In this document: positions 9,494 to 19,321 of the stretch, piece by piece
How positions within the stretch are numbered: the stretch's first letter is position 1
Layout: each line of letters begins with the position of its first letter
From: Microcoleus sp.
GTDB taxonomy: Bacteria > Cyanobacteriota > Cyanobacteriia > Cyanobacteriales > Microcoleaceae
Length of the DNA stretch: 64,000 bases
Assembly: GCA_042408215.1 (NCBI GenBank)
Contig: JAYFMW010000003.1
Location: 320,001-384,000 of the forward strand
Direction: 5' to 3'
Program-made: the position numbers and the translations under genes
The notes under the pieces: generated by a model
Database searches by the model: none
The model's input: the letters and a program-made list of their open reading frames with translations, nothing else
What the model was told of the DNA's origin: nothing

Positions 9494-9708
9494 GATCGCA
9501 CATTCTCCTTACTAGACCTCATTAACCATTATATCCCAGAGGAACTTTATGCCATCCCACCACCTACGATACTTTTGGTGCTGGTGCAGCTTTGATGCAG
9601 TTAGGACTTACACATGGGGCCCAGAAACCGGGTTTTTTCCCAAATCTGCGGGTAACAACGAAGTATTCGTAAAAAAACCCGGTTTCGAGGAGTCGGAAGT
9701 ACGCCCTC

Positions 9709-10373
9709 TCATTCCATCACATCATCTGTTGCAGGTTCACCAGGATAAAAGCGATCGCTAAAAATGTCTTCCAACCCATACGGACAATTCTCTGGAAAAG
9801 TTTTTCGCGGCAGATTTGTTTCTCCCGAAGCTAATACCATTCCTTTGACGTAATACCAATTTAATGAGTCGTTGCACATATCTCGATCCCCCTAAATCCC
9901 CCTTAATAAGGGAGTAGGGTGTGAGTAGGGGTTGACGAAAGAGCAGAATCTTGTTCCCCCCTTATTAAGGGGGGTTAGGGGGGATCAGATTCTATGCAGC
10001 CTCATAAAAAACTGATGTAAGCTGTCTGGAGAGCTTCTTGTAGGTAAGGTTTAAGACTTGGATTCTCTTTGAGTAATTCTAATAAATCGAGCCGCTGGAT
10101 GCAAATTGTATTCACCCAACTGCGACTTCGTTGCGATACTTGATATTCCCATTTAAGCAAATGTCCAATCAAAATACTCAAGGGATTTCTTAATTCGGCG
10201 CGTTGTTGTTTTCCCAATGACTCAATCTCCTCGATTAAATTAGGTAAGTCAAGTTGACTCCATTCTCGATGTTTGAGGAGTTTTGCTTGTTCCTCAGTCC
10301 AAGCATAAAAATCAGTTTCATAAAGACTTTGTATTAAGGTTCCCGGTATTTGTCCAGTTTGTGGTGTTTCCAT
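9709..10373 (-). pseudogene. DUF29-family gene interrupted by a MITE
   Basis: LYETDFYAWTEEQA...LDLPNLIEEIESLG...HLLKWEYQ...ENPSLK. Removing 9854-10020 restores TAYVKGMVLASGETNLPRKTFPENCPY...* in frame. Confidence 0.9.
9854..10017. mobile_element. MITE family A, copy 1 (164 bp, TAA target duplication)
   Basis: TAA at 9851-9853 and 10018-10020; imperfect terminal inverted repeats; near-identical to 51768-51930. Confidence 0.9.
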
Positions 10374-10543
10374 AAAAATATCAAAATTTAGCGTTATTTC
10401 CTTAATTATACTTAACAGCTTCATGAACCGGCTTATTTCTTAGTCTCGCCTTGCGCGGACTTCGTTTTTGTAGGGGCATCCCCCCGTGATTGCCCCGGTT
10501 TCCACCGCCGAGTCATAAAGGGGGTAACTTTCCCCAAAAACCC

Positions 10544-12055
10544 CTATCCCAAAAACAACTTATAAGCCGGATTCTGACTCTCATCCCCATACTGATAGCC
10601 CAGGGTATCCAAAAAAGCCTGCCACTCCTTCATCTCATCAGGCGGCACCTGAATTCCCACCACAATTCGCCCGTAATCAGCCCCATTATTCCGATAGTGA
10701 AAAACGCTAATATTCCAGTTAGGACTCATCGAACCCACAAACTTCATCAACGCACCCGGACGTTCGGGAAACTCAAAGCGATAAAATAACTCATTATCTG
10801 CCAACAAAGAACGGCCGCCCACCATATGCCGCAAGTGCAATTTAGTTAATTCATCATCAGTTAAATCCAAAGTTTTGAAGCCACAATCTTCAAAACTTGC
10901 AGCTATTTTCACCGCATCCGCACGATTTTGAATTTGGACCCCGATAAAAATATGCGCTGCTTTCTCATCCGCAATTCGATAGCTAAATTCAGTTAAATTG
11001 CGTTGACCAAGACACTCGCAAAACCTGCGAAGACTTCCCGGTTGTTCGGGAATTGTGACTGCAAAAATAGCTTCGCGGCGTTCGCCAAACTCCGCTCTTT
11101 CTGCTACAAAACGCAGGCGATCGAAATTCATGTTCGCACCGCAAGCCACAGCAATTAACGTTTCTCCTGCGATTTGTTCCCGTTCGACGTAAGCTTTCGC
11201 ACCTGCGATCGCCAAAGCGCCAGCCGGTTCTAAGATCGATCGCGTCTCCTCAAAAACATCCTTAATCGCCGCACAAATATCATCCGTATCTACTAAAATA
11301 ATCTCATCCACATACTCCTGACAAAGCCGAAAAGTTTCCTCCCCGACTTCCCGCACAGCCACGCCATCCGCAAATAAACCAACCTGGGATAAACGCACCC
11401 GTTTACCCGCTTTCAAAGACTGATTCATCGCATCGGAATCGACAGGTTCGACACCAATAATTTTAATGTCCGGCCGCAACCGTTTCACATAAGCCCCAAT
11501 TCCAGAAATCAATCCACCGCCGCCAATTGCCACAAAAATCGCATGAATTGGTTTTTGATGTTGTCGCAGAATTTCCATGCCGATCGTACCCTGTCCCGCA
11601 ATCACATGGGGATCATCAAAAGGGTGAACAAAAGTCATGCCTGTTTCCGCCTCTAATTGGCGCGCAAAGGCGTAAGCATCATCGTAAGTATCACCATGCA
11701 AGACCACCTCTCCACCACGGGCTATGACCGCATTTACCTTGACCTGGGGCGTAGTTACGGGCATGACTATGACCGCGCGAGTTCCCAGGTGGCGGGCGGC
11801 GAGGGCGACTCCTTGGGCGTGATTGCCGGCAGAAGCTGCGATCGCCCCTTTTGCTAGCAACTCCGGCGAAAGTTGCGCCATTTTGTTATAGGCACCGCGC
11901 AGTTTGAAGGAAAACACAGACTGCATATCCTCTCGCTTCAGCAGGAGTTTATTGTTGAGTCGCGCTGATAGATTGGGGGCGGCTTCTAGGGGGGATTCTT
12001 GGGCTACATCGTAGACGCGGGCGGTGAGGATTTGTACTAGGTAATCGCAAAGCAT
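10544..12055 (-). CDS. ilvA: Biosynthetic threonine ammonia-lyase
   Basis: LKREDMQSVFSFKLRGAYN, ASAGNHAQGV, GGGGLISG, GANMNFDRLRF and C-terminal regulatory domains; start set at MLCDYL. Confidence 0.97.
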   Translation of the reverse strand: MLCDYLVQILTARVYDVAQESPLEAAPNLSARLNNKLLLKREDMQSVFSFKLRGAYNKMAQLSPELLAKGAIAASAGNHAQGVALAARHLGTRAVIVMPVTTPQVKVNAVIARGGEVVLHGDTYDDAYAFARQLEAETGMTFVHPFDDPHVIAGQGTIGMEILRQHQKPIHAIFVAIGGGGLISGIGAYVKRLRPDIKIIGVEPVDSDAMNQSLKAGKRVRLSQVGLFADGVAVREVGEETFRLCQEYVDEIILVDTDDICAAIKDVFEETRSILEPAGALAIAGAKAYVEREQIAGETLIAVACGANMNFDRLRFVAERAEFGERREAIFAVTIPEQPGSLRRFCECLGQRNLTEFSYRIADEKAAHIFIGVQIQNRADAVKIAASFEDCGFKTLDLTDDELTKLHLRHMVGGRSLLADNELFYRFEFPERPGALMKFVGSMSPNWNISVFHYRNNGADYGRIVVGIQVPPDEMKEWQAFLDTLGYQYGDESQNPAYKLFLG

Positions 12056-12221
12056 GGCGTTAGCAGTTGTTAGATGCGGGATCGTGGGATAATTGTACGG
12101 TATTTGTGTTAGTATTTTGCGGGGAATGGGCGATCGAGTCGCACTCAGGTGGATTACGATTACAATAAAATCAGCGTTAGATAGCAAAAGCGCGAAAATA
12201 TATAAAACATACAATCTGGGT

Positions 12222-12499
12222 ATGGAATTTGAATGGGACGAAATCAAAGCAGCTATCAATCTCAACAAGCACGGTGTAAAGTTTGAAGAAGCAAAGACAG
12301 TTTTCTACAATCCGCTTGCCGTAATTTTTGATGATGAAAAACATTCACAAGATGAGCGCCGTGAAATTATCATCGGTCACTCTCAAAACAATCAGTTGCT
12401 GCTAGTCAGCTATACTGAACGTGCAAATACAATCCGTATCATTAGTGCCGTCTAGCCACTATAAAGGAACGTGAAGACTATGAAGAAAACGCCTTTTAA
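12222..12499 (+). pseudogene. brnT: BrnT-family toxin with a 1-bp deletion near the C-terminus
   Basis: MEFEWDEIKAAINLNKHGVKFEEA...IRIISA then a stop; the shifted frame continues (R)LATIKEREDYEENAF*. Confidence 0.8.
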
Positions 12500-12722
12500 T
12501 GAATCTTCAAACTCGGAAGATGAGCTTTTGCCGGAGTACCGCTTCGACTACAAAAAAGCAAAACCCAACCGTTTTGCAAATCGCAGTGGAAAGCAACAAA
12601 TGACAGTCGTTGTTTTGGACGAGGATATTGCCCGGATTTTCTCAACACCGGAGGCAGTAAACAAGGTGCTTCGGGCGCTGATTGAAGCGATGCCCCAAGC
12701 AAGTAGTGGGGAAACAGTTTAA
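12480..12722 (+). CDS. BrnA-like antitoxin
   Basis: DELLPEYRFDYKKAKPNRFA...VVLDEDIARIF...VNKVLRALI; overlaps the brnT end. Confidence 0.8.
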   Translation: MKKTPFNESSNSEDELLPEYRFDYKKAKPNRFANRSGKQQMTVVVLDEDIARIFSTPEAVNKVLRALIEAMPQASSGETV

Positions 12723-12757
12723 AGTCCTAAAATAATGACTTTCTCTAGGTAAGACTT

Positions 12758-12972
12758 ATGCTAGACAAAACTCCTTTACTCGATCGCATTACTCAAACTC
12801 CCGGTAAATGTGGAGGCCGTCCCTGTATCCGAGGCATGAGAATTCGAGTTAGCGACATTCTAGAAACCCTAGCAGATAATGAGATCATGTGCCTGCTAGT
12901 GAAATTTTGGCAAATTTTCCAGATTTAGAACCTGAAGATATCCAAGCTTGCTTGCTTTTTGCTACAGGATGA
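12758..12972 (+). pseudogene. DUF433-family gene, frameshifted
   Basis: RITQTPGKCGGRPCIRGMRIRVSDILE, continuing in another frame as EILANFPDLEPEDIQACLLFA. Confidence 0.8.
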
Positions 12973-13058
12973 ATAGCTGAGAGATTTAGAACCCCGACTT
13001 CTTGAAAAAGTCGGGGACATAGACCCATAAAACCCGCCATTTCCCACTCTGCATATAT

Positions 13059-13628
13059 CTAATCTGGCCGTGCGAAACCCGTTCTAGGATCGTTGATAAA
13101 CAACCCTAAAACTAACGATTCCATCACCGTATCCCAGACAGGAGTCAAACGCTCTGCATCATCAACCCAGTAATCAAAAGTAATCAAACACTGAACATTA
13201 GAACCCAATCCAACACAGATTCGCGAATAAGCTTCCCGCTGTTCTGGAGGGTCAATAAACTTGAATTGAGTCCAAACAATGCGGGCAGTTTGCCGCTTCA
13301 ATTGTATAATTTCCCCCATATCGAACGGATTTCGGCTATCCTCTTCGGCCACCTGCTTTAATAGCGGATCCAACGGAAAATCGGCCCAGTTTCCGGGGGG
13401 AAGCAAATTAAACGAAACCTCTAAACAACAATCATCATCCGGCGGCTTTTTGTCCGTAAACCGGAACGACTTTGTATCCGGTTCAAAATGCCAATCTTCG
13501 GGGACATCAAAACGGACAGCACCTCTTCCTGCGACAAAGATGCGAGTTCCAGGTTTTGATGTCCAGTTATGATTTTCATTGAGTTCTAGGGTTTCCTTGA
13601 TCCATTCTTGCTTTTTGCGCTTAGACAT
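13059..13628 (-). CDS. Hypothetical protein
   Basis: 189-aa ATG ORF with protein-like composition. Confidence 0.75.
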   Translation of the reverse strand: MSKRKKQEWIKETLELNENHNWTSKPGTRIFVAGRGAVRFDVPEDWHFEPDTKSFRFTDKKPPDDDCCLEVSFNLLPPGNWADFPLDPLLKQVAEEDSRNPFDMGEIIQLKRQTARIVWTQFKFIDPPEQREAYSRICVGLGSNVQCLITFDYWVDDAERLTPVWDTVMESLVLGLFINDPRTGFARPD

Positions 13629-13809
13629 AAACAGAACACGAAACTGCTGCTAAGGTTAAGTTTTAGACGTTGTAAGAATATATTAACCCTATTTGGATCG
13701 CCCTTTGCTCAAATAATAACAATCCTTACAAAAATTATGAATCCCTCTCTTCTCCATTCCTCTGTGTTCTCAGCGCCTCTGCGGTCAAAAAATAATTCCC
13801 TTTCACAAT

Positions 13810-14676
13810 TTACAAATGTTTATTTTTTCCTTGAGGAATCACATACCTAATACCGCCTTTATTTCCCGTCGCATCCCCTCGGTAGCGTGGGATAATATGA
13901 ATAGCAGCATGACTTCGACTTTGACCCCCATCTTTATTAATATTTATCCCCACATTAAAACCATCAGGATGAAACTCTTTCTTTAAAAAATCTTGTACTT
14001 TATTCGCCATAAACCAGCAAGCAGATTGTTCTCGAAACGGGAGATCAAAATAATTAGCAACATGACGCTTCGGGATAATTAAAACATGACCTTTGCTGGC
14101 GGGATAACCATCAAACATAGCATAGGCTGTAGCAGACTCAGTTAGTAAAGTTAGATGTTTGTGCGGGTTGCAAAAAATGCAATTGTTAGCTGAATTTCTT
14201 TGATGATTGTAATGGACATATTCGTAGATTTCGCAATACTCATCTAAGTGCGCTGACTTAAATGGAAGTTTGACTATACACTGATAGGTCGGTTTTTTGT
14301 GGACGTAATGTTCTCGAAAGCCTTCTTTTTTGAGATCCCTTCTCACGGCAAAATATGCTTTACCTCCCGGTTTCAACAGGTGCGAGACTTCCATGAGGAC
14401 ATTAGCTTGTTCTTCGGGAAACAAAACATTCAAAACATAAAAACAAATTATTGTATCAAATTTATTTTTGGGAAATCCCGGGAAATAATAAGGATCATAA
14501 CCTGCAATATCAAATCCTTTTTGCTGCAATAATTTAACATCATTGCCAAAGCCGCACCCAAAGTCTAAAATTTTCCCTTGCAGCAAGTTTTTATCTAATA
14601 ATTGTTTTGCCGGAAATGACAGGTAAATTCTTTCTATTGCCGTCAGGTGGCTGAATTTATTTTGCTGCTTTTTCAT
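13810..14676 (-). CDS. Class I SAM methyltransferase fused to a HIT domain
   Basis: ILDFGCGFG, YDPYY, FYVLNV; then CIFC, DGYPASKGHVLIIPKRH, DGFNVGIN, HAAIHIIPR. Confidence 0.88.
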   Translation of the reverse strand: MKKQQNKFSHLTAIERIYLSFPAKQLLDKNLLQGKILDFGCGFGNDVKLLQQKGFDIAGYDPYYFPGFPKNKFDTIICFYVLNVLFPEEQANVLMEVSHLLKPGGKAYFAVRRDLKKEGFREHYVHKKPTYQCIVKLPFKSAHLDEYCEIYEYVHYNHQRNSANNCIFCNPHKHLTLLTESATAYAMFDGYPASKGHVLIIPKRHVANYFDLPFREQSACWFMANKVQDFLKKEFHPDGFNVGININKDGGQSRSHAAIHIIPRYRGDATGNKGGIRYVIPQGKNKHL

Positions 14677-14832
14677 GGTAGCATAAATTTTATTCTATGA
14701 TTTATATTAGTCCTGGACGCACTAATCACCTAATTATGTCATTCTGAGGGAACCGAAGAATCTCAAACCCTTGCCACACAGTTACAATGCGTAATTTCTG
14801 TATATTATAGATGGTGTTTACCAATTATTTAC

Positions 14833-15864
14833 ATGAATTTTTGTAGCGACAATGCAACGGGTGTTTCCCCGGAAATTATGGCCGCGATCGCAGCGGCTAA
14901 TTGTGGTACTGTTTTATCCTATGGAGATGATGAATATACGCAAGGTTTGCAAGTTAAGTTTTCCGAACTGTTTGAGACATCGGTGACTGTTTTTCCGGTC
15001 GCGACTGGTTCGGCTGCTAATGCTCTGGCGCTTGCGGTTGTGACGCCTCCTTACGGTGCGATTTATTGTCATGGGGAATCTCATATTAATCTTGATGAAT
15101 GCGGTGCGCCGGAGTTTTTTACGGGCGGTGCAAAGTTGGTGACAATAACAGGAAATCATGCTAAAATTGAGGCAGAGACTTTAGGAAAAATTCTCGACAA
15201 GGCTGGTGTAGGTGTCGTCCACCATGTACAGCCTGCCGCCGTCAGCCTCACTCAAGCAACGGAAGCTGGAACTGTCTACAATCCTGCGGAAATTTCGCAG
15301 ATTTCGGAAGTTGTTCGTCGCCACAATTTACACCTGCATATGGATGGTTCTCGCTTTGCTAATGCTGTGGCTAGTCTGGGCTGTTCTCCTGCGGATGTGA
15401 CTTGGCGGGCTGGTGTTGATATTCTCTCGTTTGGAGCGACGAAAAATGGGGCAATGGCTGCGGAAGCTGTGGTTTTTTTTAATGGAGAATTGGCAAATAA
15501 TTTTCCTTTTTACCGCAAGCGCAGCGGGCATCTGTTCTCGAAAATGCGGTTTTTGTCGGCGCAGTTGTCAGCTTACATAACGGATGATTTGTGGCTGATA
15601 AATGCGACTCATGCAAATAAGATGGCGGCTAAGTTAGCGCAAGGTTTGGCGGGTGTGGAGGGAGTGATTTTTTGTCATCCTGTCGAAGCTAATGAAATTT
15701 TTATTCAACTTCCCGAATCTGTAATTGCGGCGGTTTTAGCTGAAGGATTTCAGTTTTATCGGTGGGACAGCGAAACTGGATGTACTGTGAGACTTGTCAC
15801 GGCTTTTAATACTCAGGAAGCTGATGTTATTGCTTTGGTGGAATCTGTTAAACGCCATCAGTGA
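14833..15864 (+). CDS. ltaE: Low-specificity L-threonine aldolase
   Basis: NFCSDN, TGSAANAL, SHINLDECGAPE, HMDGSRFANA, SFGATKNG, SKMRF. Confidence 0.92.
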   Translation: MNFCSDNATGVSPEIMAAIAAANCGTVLSYGDDEYTQGLQVKFSELFETSVTVFPVATGSAANALALAVVTPPYGAIYCHGESHINLDECGAPEFFTGGAKLVTITGNHAKIEAETLGKILDKAGVGVVHHVQPAAVSLTQATEAGTVYNPAEISQISEVVRRHNLHLHMDGSRFANAVASLGCSPADVTWRAGVDILSFGATKNGAMAAEAVVFFNGELANNFPFYRKRSGHLFSKMRFLSAQLSAYITDDLWLINATHANKMAAKLAQGLAGVEGVIFCHPVEANEIFIQLPESVIAAVLAEGFQFYRWDSETGCTVRLVTAFNTQEADVIALVESVKRHQ

Positions 15865-15871
15865 TTTTTTT

Positions 15872-16612
15872 GTAGGGGCGGGTTTTACGAATAATATCTA
15901 ACGAGTACCAACCATCTAGATAAACCCGCCCTCCACAACAGATCGCCCACATCAACATTAAATTTGCATCGAATGCGGAAAATGTACATTGTGATTTTTC
16001 CTTGGGTGGGGGCGGGTTTGAGAGATGGTTTGTTCTGGGCAATTATTGTTGGTGAAACCCGCCCCTACGGTTGAAATATCAAACATATATGCGAGGGTTT
16101 TTCCTTGGGTGGGGGCGGGTTTGAGAGCTGGTTTTTTCGGGGCAATTATTGTTGGTGAAACCCGCCCCTACGGTGGAAATATCAAACATATATGCGAGGG
16201 TTTTTCCTTGGGTGGGGGCGGGTTTGAGAGCTGGTTTTTTCGGGGCAATTATTGTTGGTGAAACCCGCCCCTACGGTTTAATAGATTCAGCAACGGGTTT
16301 TGCGCTATCAGCGACAAGACGCTCTGTGTTGTTTATGTTATTATCGTTGAATTAGGTTGAAATATCGAAACCAGTCTGAAGAGGGGAAATAAGCATCGAA
16401 CTTAAAAAATATACCAAATTAGTATCAAATGTGAAAAATCTACGCGATGATTTACCGTTGGGTGGGGGCGGGTTTGAGATATTGTCTGTTATTAACAATT
16501 ATTGTTGGTGAAACCCGCCCCTACAGTTTATTATCGTTGAATTAGGTTGAAATATCGAAACCAGTCTGAAGAGGGGAAATAAGCATCGAACTTAAAAAAT
16601 ATACCAAATTAG
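15872..16612. repeat. Cluster of REP-like GGGGCGGGTTT...AAACCCGCCCCTAC hairpins: three units at 103-bp period, two more copies, and an ~85-bp duplication
   Basis: GGTGAAACCCGCCCCTAC at 16051, 16154 and 16257; block ~16338-16422 repeated at ~16528-16612. Confidence 0.9.
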
Positions 16613-16634
16613 CGGGATTAATCGGAGGACAGCT

Positions 16635-19118
16635 ATGAAGCTATTTAGCAAAGGTGTCACAGCCAGTATCATTTTTTTTGCATTATTTTACGGTGGCGGA
16701 GTCAGTGCCCAAATTGTGCCGGACGCGACACTGCCAAATAATTCTAATGTTATTAGAGACGGACTGCTTAATCGGATTACGGGCGGCACGGAGGCTGGAA
16801 ATAACTTATTTCATAGCTTTCGTGAGTTTTCAGTAACTACGAACGGGACTGCATATTTTGAGAATAACTTGCATATTCAAAATATCTTTTCTAGGGTAAC
16901 GGGAAACTCGATTTCTAATGTTGATGGGTTGATTCGCGCTAACGGAAGGGCTAATTTATTTTTGATCAATCCTAATGGGATTATTTTCGGGCCGAATGCG
17001 CGGTTGAATGTCGGCGGCTCGTTTCTGGGAACGACGGCGGAAAGTATAGTTTTTAGTGACCAAACTTCCTTTAGTGCGGCTAATCCGCAAAAGGCTCCGC
17101 TGTTAACAATTAATGTTCCCATTGGCTTGCAATTTAACAACAATCCTGGCCCGATTCTGTCTGTAGGAACTGGTCACGCTTTTTCCAGTCCCGATCCGAT
17201 TTTTGGAGTGACGCAAAAAGGTGATGCAGTCACGGGATTGGTGGCGCAACCGGGAACAAATCTGGCTTTTATTGGTGGCGATATATCTTTAACTGGCGGT
17301 ACTTTGTCGGCACAGGAAGGACATATAGAATTAGGCAGTGTTGGCGGGGGATTTGTCGGCTTTTCTGTTACCCCGTTGGGGTGGAATTTTGATTATTCGC
17401 AAGTGCCAAACTTTCGGGATATTCGGTTCTCGAAATTGGCGGCGGCGGATACTACTGGTGACGGGGGCGGCTTGCTGGTACTGCAAGGCCGGAACATTTC
17501 TACGATCGAGGGTTCTCAGATTTTAGTGCAGAATACGGGTACTCGATCGCCTGGTCAGCTTAATATTAATGCAAGGGAGCAAGTGACGATCGCCGGTACT
17601 GCACCGGATTTGCGAATTCGCACGGCTGTTGGGGGAACAACTCTAGGAACTGGTAATGGACCGGATTTGAACATCAATGCTAGACGGTTAGTAGTTCGAG
17701 ATGGCAGCACTTTGTCTGTCAATTCCTTCGGCCCTGGAACGGGAGGTAATTTGACTCTCAATGCTTCGGAATCGGTAGAAGTTAGCGGGTTTTCTCCCCT
17801 GAATCCGGCATTTTTTACTTTTGCGGGAACGCCGACTTTTGTTTCGGGAAAGGGGGGAAATGTTGTCGTCTCTACAGGCAAATTGCTGATTGAAGAGGGA
17901 GGATCGCTGGTAACATTAACTTTGGGCACGGGGGGCAAAGCTGGAGACATCACTGTTAATGCGCGAGATATAGAAATCAACGGATTTGAACCTACCTTTT
18001 TTCAACAAAGCGCGCTGACAAGTGCTTCTTTCGGACTCGGAGGTGCTGGCAATTTGACAGTTAATACCTCGACATTGACTCTCAGAAATGGAGCCTCTGT
18101 TGCTGCTAGCGCTTTAGCTTCTGGCGCTGCGGGCAGCGTTACAGTTAACGCTTCAGATTCTGTAGATATCAGTGGCTTTATGCAATTGCCCGATCGCGCG
18201 ATCGGTTCTAATATATCTTCTTCTGTGGAGATTTTGTCGCTCCCGGTGCAGCAGCGATTTGGACTGCCGCCACTGCCTTCGGCTGGCGGAGCGGATGTTA
18301 CAGTTAATACCAAAACACTGATAGCTAGAGACGGTGCGTTTTTGAATGTCAGAAATATCGGATCGGGAAATGCTGGGACACTGAGGGTAAATGCAGAGAG
18401 GATTTTTGCTAGTAATAATGGTGGCTTGGTAGCCACAACTCGATCGGGAGAAGGTGGCAATATTGTTGTGCAAGCTGATTCTGTAGAATTGCGAAACGGC
18501 GGCCTAATTACTGCTACCGCAGAAGGGACGGGCAATGGTGGTAATTTGAATATTAATGCAGGGGCGATCGCCGTCTTAGAAAACAGCAGTATTACCGCGA
18601 ATGCCGTGCGGGGAAGTGGTGGCAACATCCAAATTACCACTCAAGGGCTGTTTCAATCTCCCCAGAGCGCTATTACAGCTAGTTCCGAGCTTGGGGTTTC
18701 GGGTGCGGTGCGATTTAATACACCCGATCGCAATCCCAGCACCGAGTTAGTTAAATTGCCGGAAAATCCGATCGACGCATCGACTTTAATCGCTCAAGAT
18801 CCCTGTGCTGTGGCGGACGGGAGCAGCTTTGTCGTCGTCGGACGCGGGGGACTGCCTCCGAGTCCCGATGACGCCCTCAGTAGCAGCGCAACCGTCCTAG
18901 AATGGGCTCCGCCGGAGGGCGTGTCAGGTAGTTCTCGTGCTCCGGCTGAACCGACACAAAATCCCTCACCGCAAATCCCGGAGAGACTTGTAGAGGCTAC
19001 GGGTTGGGAAATTGCGGCTGATGGTAAAGTTGTTTTGACTGCCGATCGGCTTAATTCTCAATATAGTCCGCGAATAGTCGATCGCAGGTGTCGATCGCGG
19101 GTAGAAGATCGGAAGTAG
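16635..19118 (+). CDS. Filamentous haemagglutinin-family (TPS domain) exoprotein
   Basis: AQIVPDATL, NLFHSFREFSV, NIFSRVTG, ANLFLINPNGIIFG, GxGGNxxI beta-helix repeats, C-terminal GRGGLP and EATGW. Confidence 0.93.
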   Translation: MKLFSKGVTASIIFFALFYGGGVSAQIVPDATLPNNSNVIRDGLLNRITGGTEAGNNLFHSFREFSVTTNGTAYFENNLHIQNIFSRVTGNSISNVDGLIRANGRANLFLINPNGIIFGPNARLNVGGSFLGTTAESIVFSDQTSFSAANPQKAPLLTINVPIGLQFNNNPGPILSVGTGHAFSSPDPIFGVTQKGDAVTGLVAQPGTNLAFIGGDISLTGGTLSAQEGHIELGSVGGGFVGFSVTPLGWNFDYSQVPNFRDIRFSKLAAADTTGDGGGLLVLQGRNISTIEGSQILVQNTGTRSPGQLNINAREQVTIAGTAPDLRIRTAVGGTTLGTGNGPDLNINARRLVVRDGSTLSVNSFGPGTGGNLTLNASESVEVSGFSPLNPAFFTFAGTPTFVSGKGGNVVVSTGKLLIEEGGSLVTLTLGTGGKAGDITVNARDIEINGFEPTFFQQSALTSASFGLGGAGNLTVNTSTLTLRNGASVAASALASGAAGSVTVNASDSVDISGFMQLPDRAIGSNISSSVEILSLPVQQRFGLPPLPSAGGADVTVNTKTLIARDGAFLNVRNIGSGNAGTLRVNAERIFASNNGGLVATTRSGEGGNIVVQADSVELRNGGLITATAEGTGNGGNLNINAGAIAVLENSSITANAVRGSGGNIQITTQGLFQSPQSAITASSELGVSGAVRFNTPDRNPSTELVKLPENPIDASTLIAQDPCAVADGSSFVVVGRGGLPPSPDDALSSSATVLEWAPPEGVSGSSRAPAEPTQNPSPQIPERLVEATGWEIAADGKVVLTADRLNSQYSPRIVDRRCRSRVEDRK

Positions 19119-19321
19119 AAAACTCATGTTTCACTCTTTGCGTTTCAATAGTTTCAATAGTTTCAATAGAGCCCAGCCGAATGTAATTCGCGGCTACACC
19201 ATAGAACCCCGCCGAATGTAATTCGCGGCTACACCATAGAACCCCGCCGAATGTAATTCCGATGCTCCACAAACAAAGTCCACTCAAGCGCGGACTAAAG
19301 AGAAGAGTCAGCCAAATTTTT

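Noticed and set aside
12056..12268. N-terminal extension of ilvA and 5' extension of brnT
   Set aside because: The two extensions overlap each other on opposite strands; family similarity starts at 12055 and 12222.
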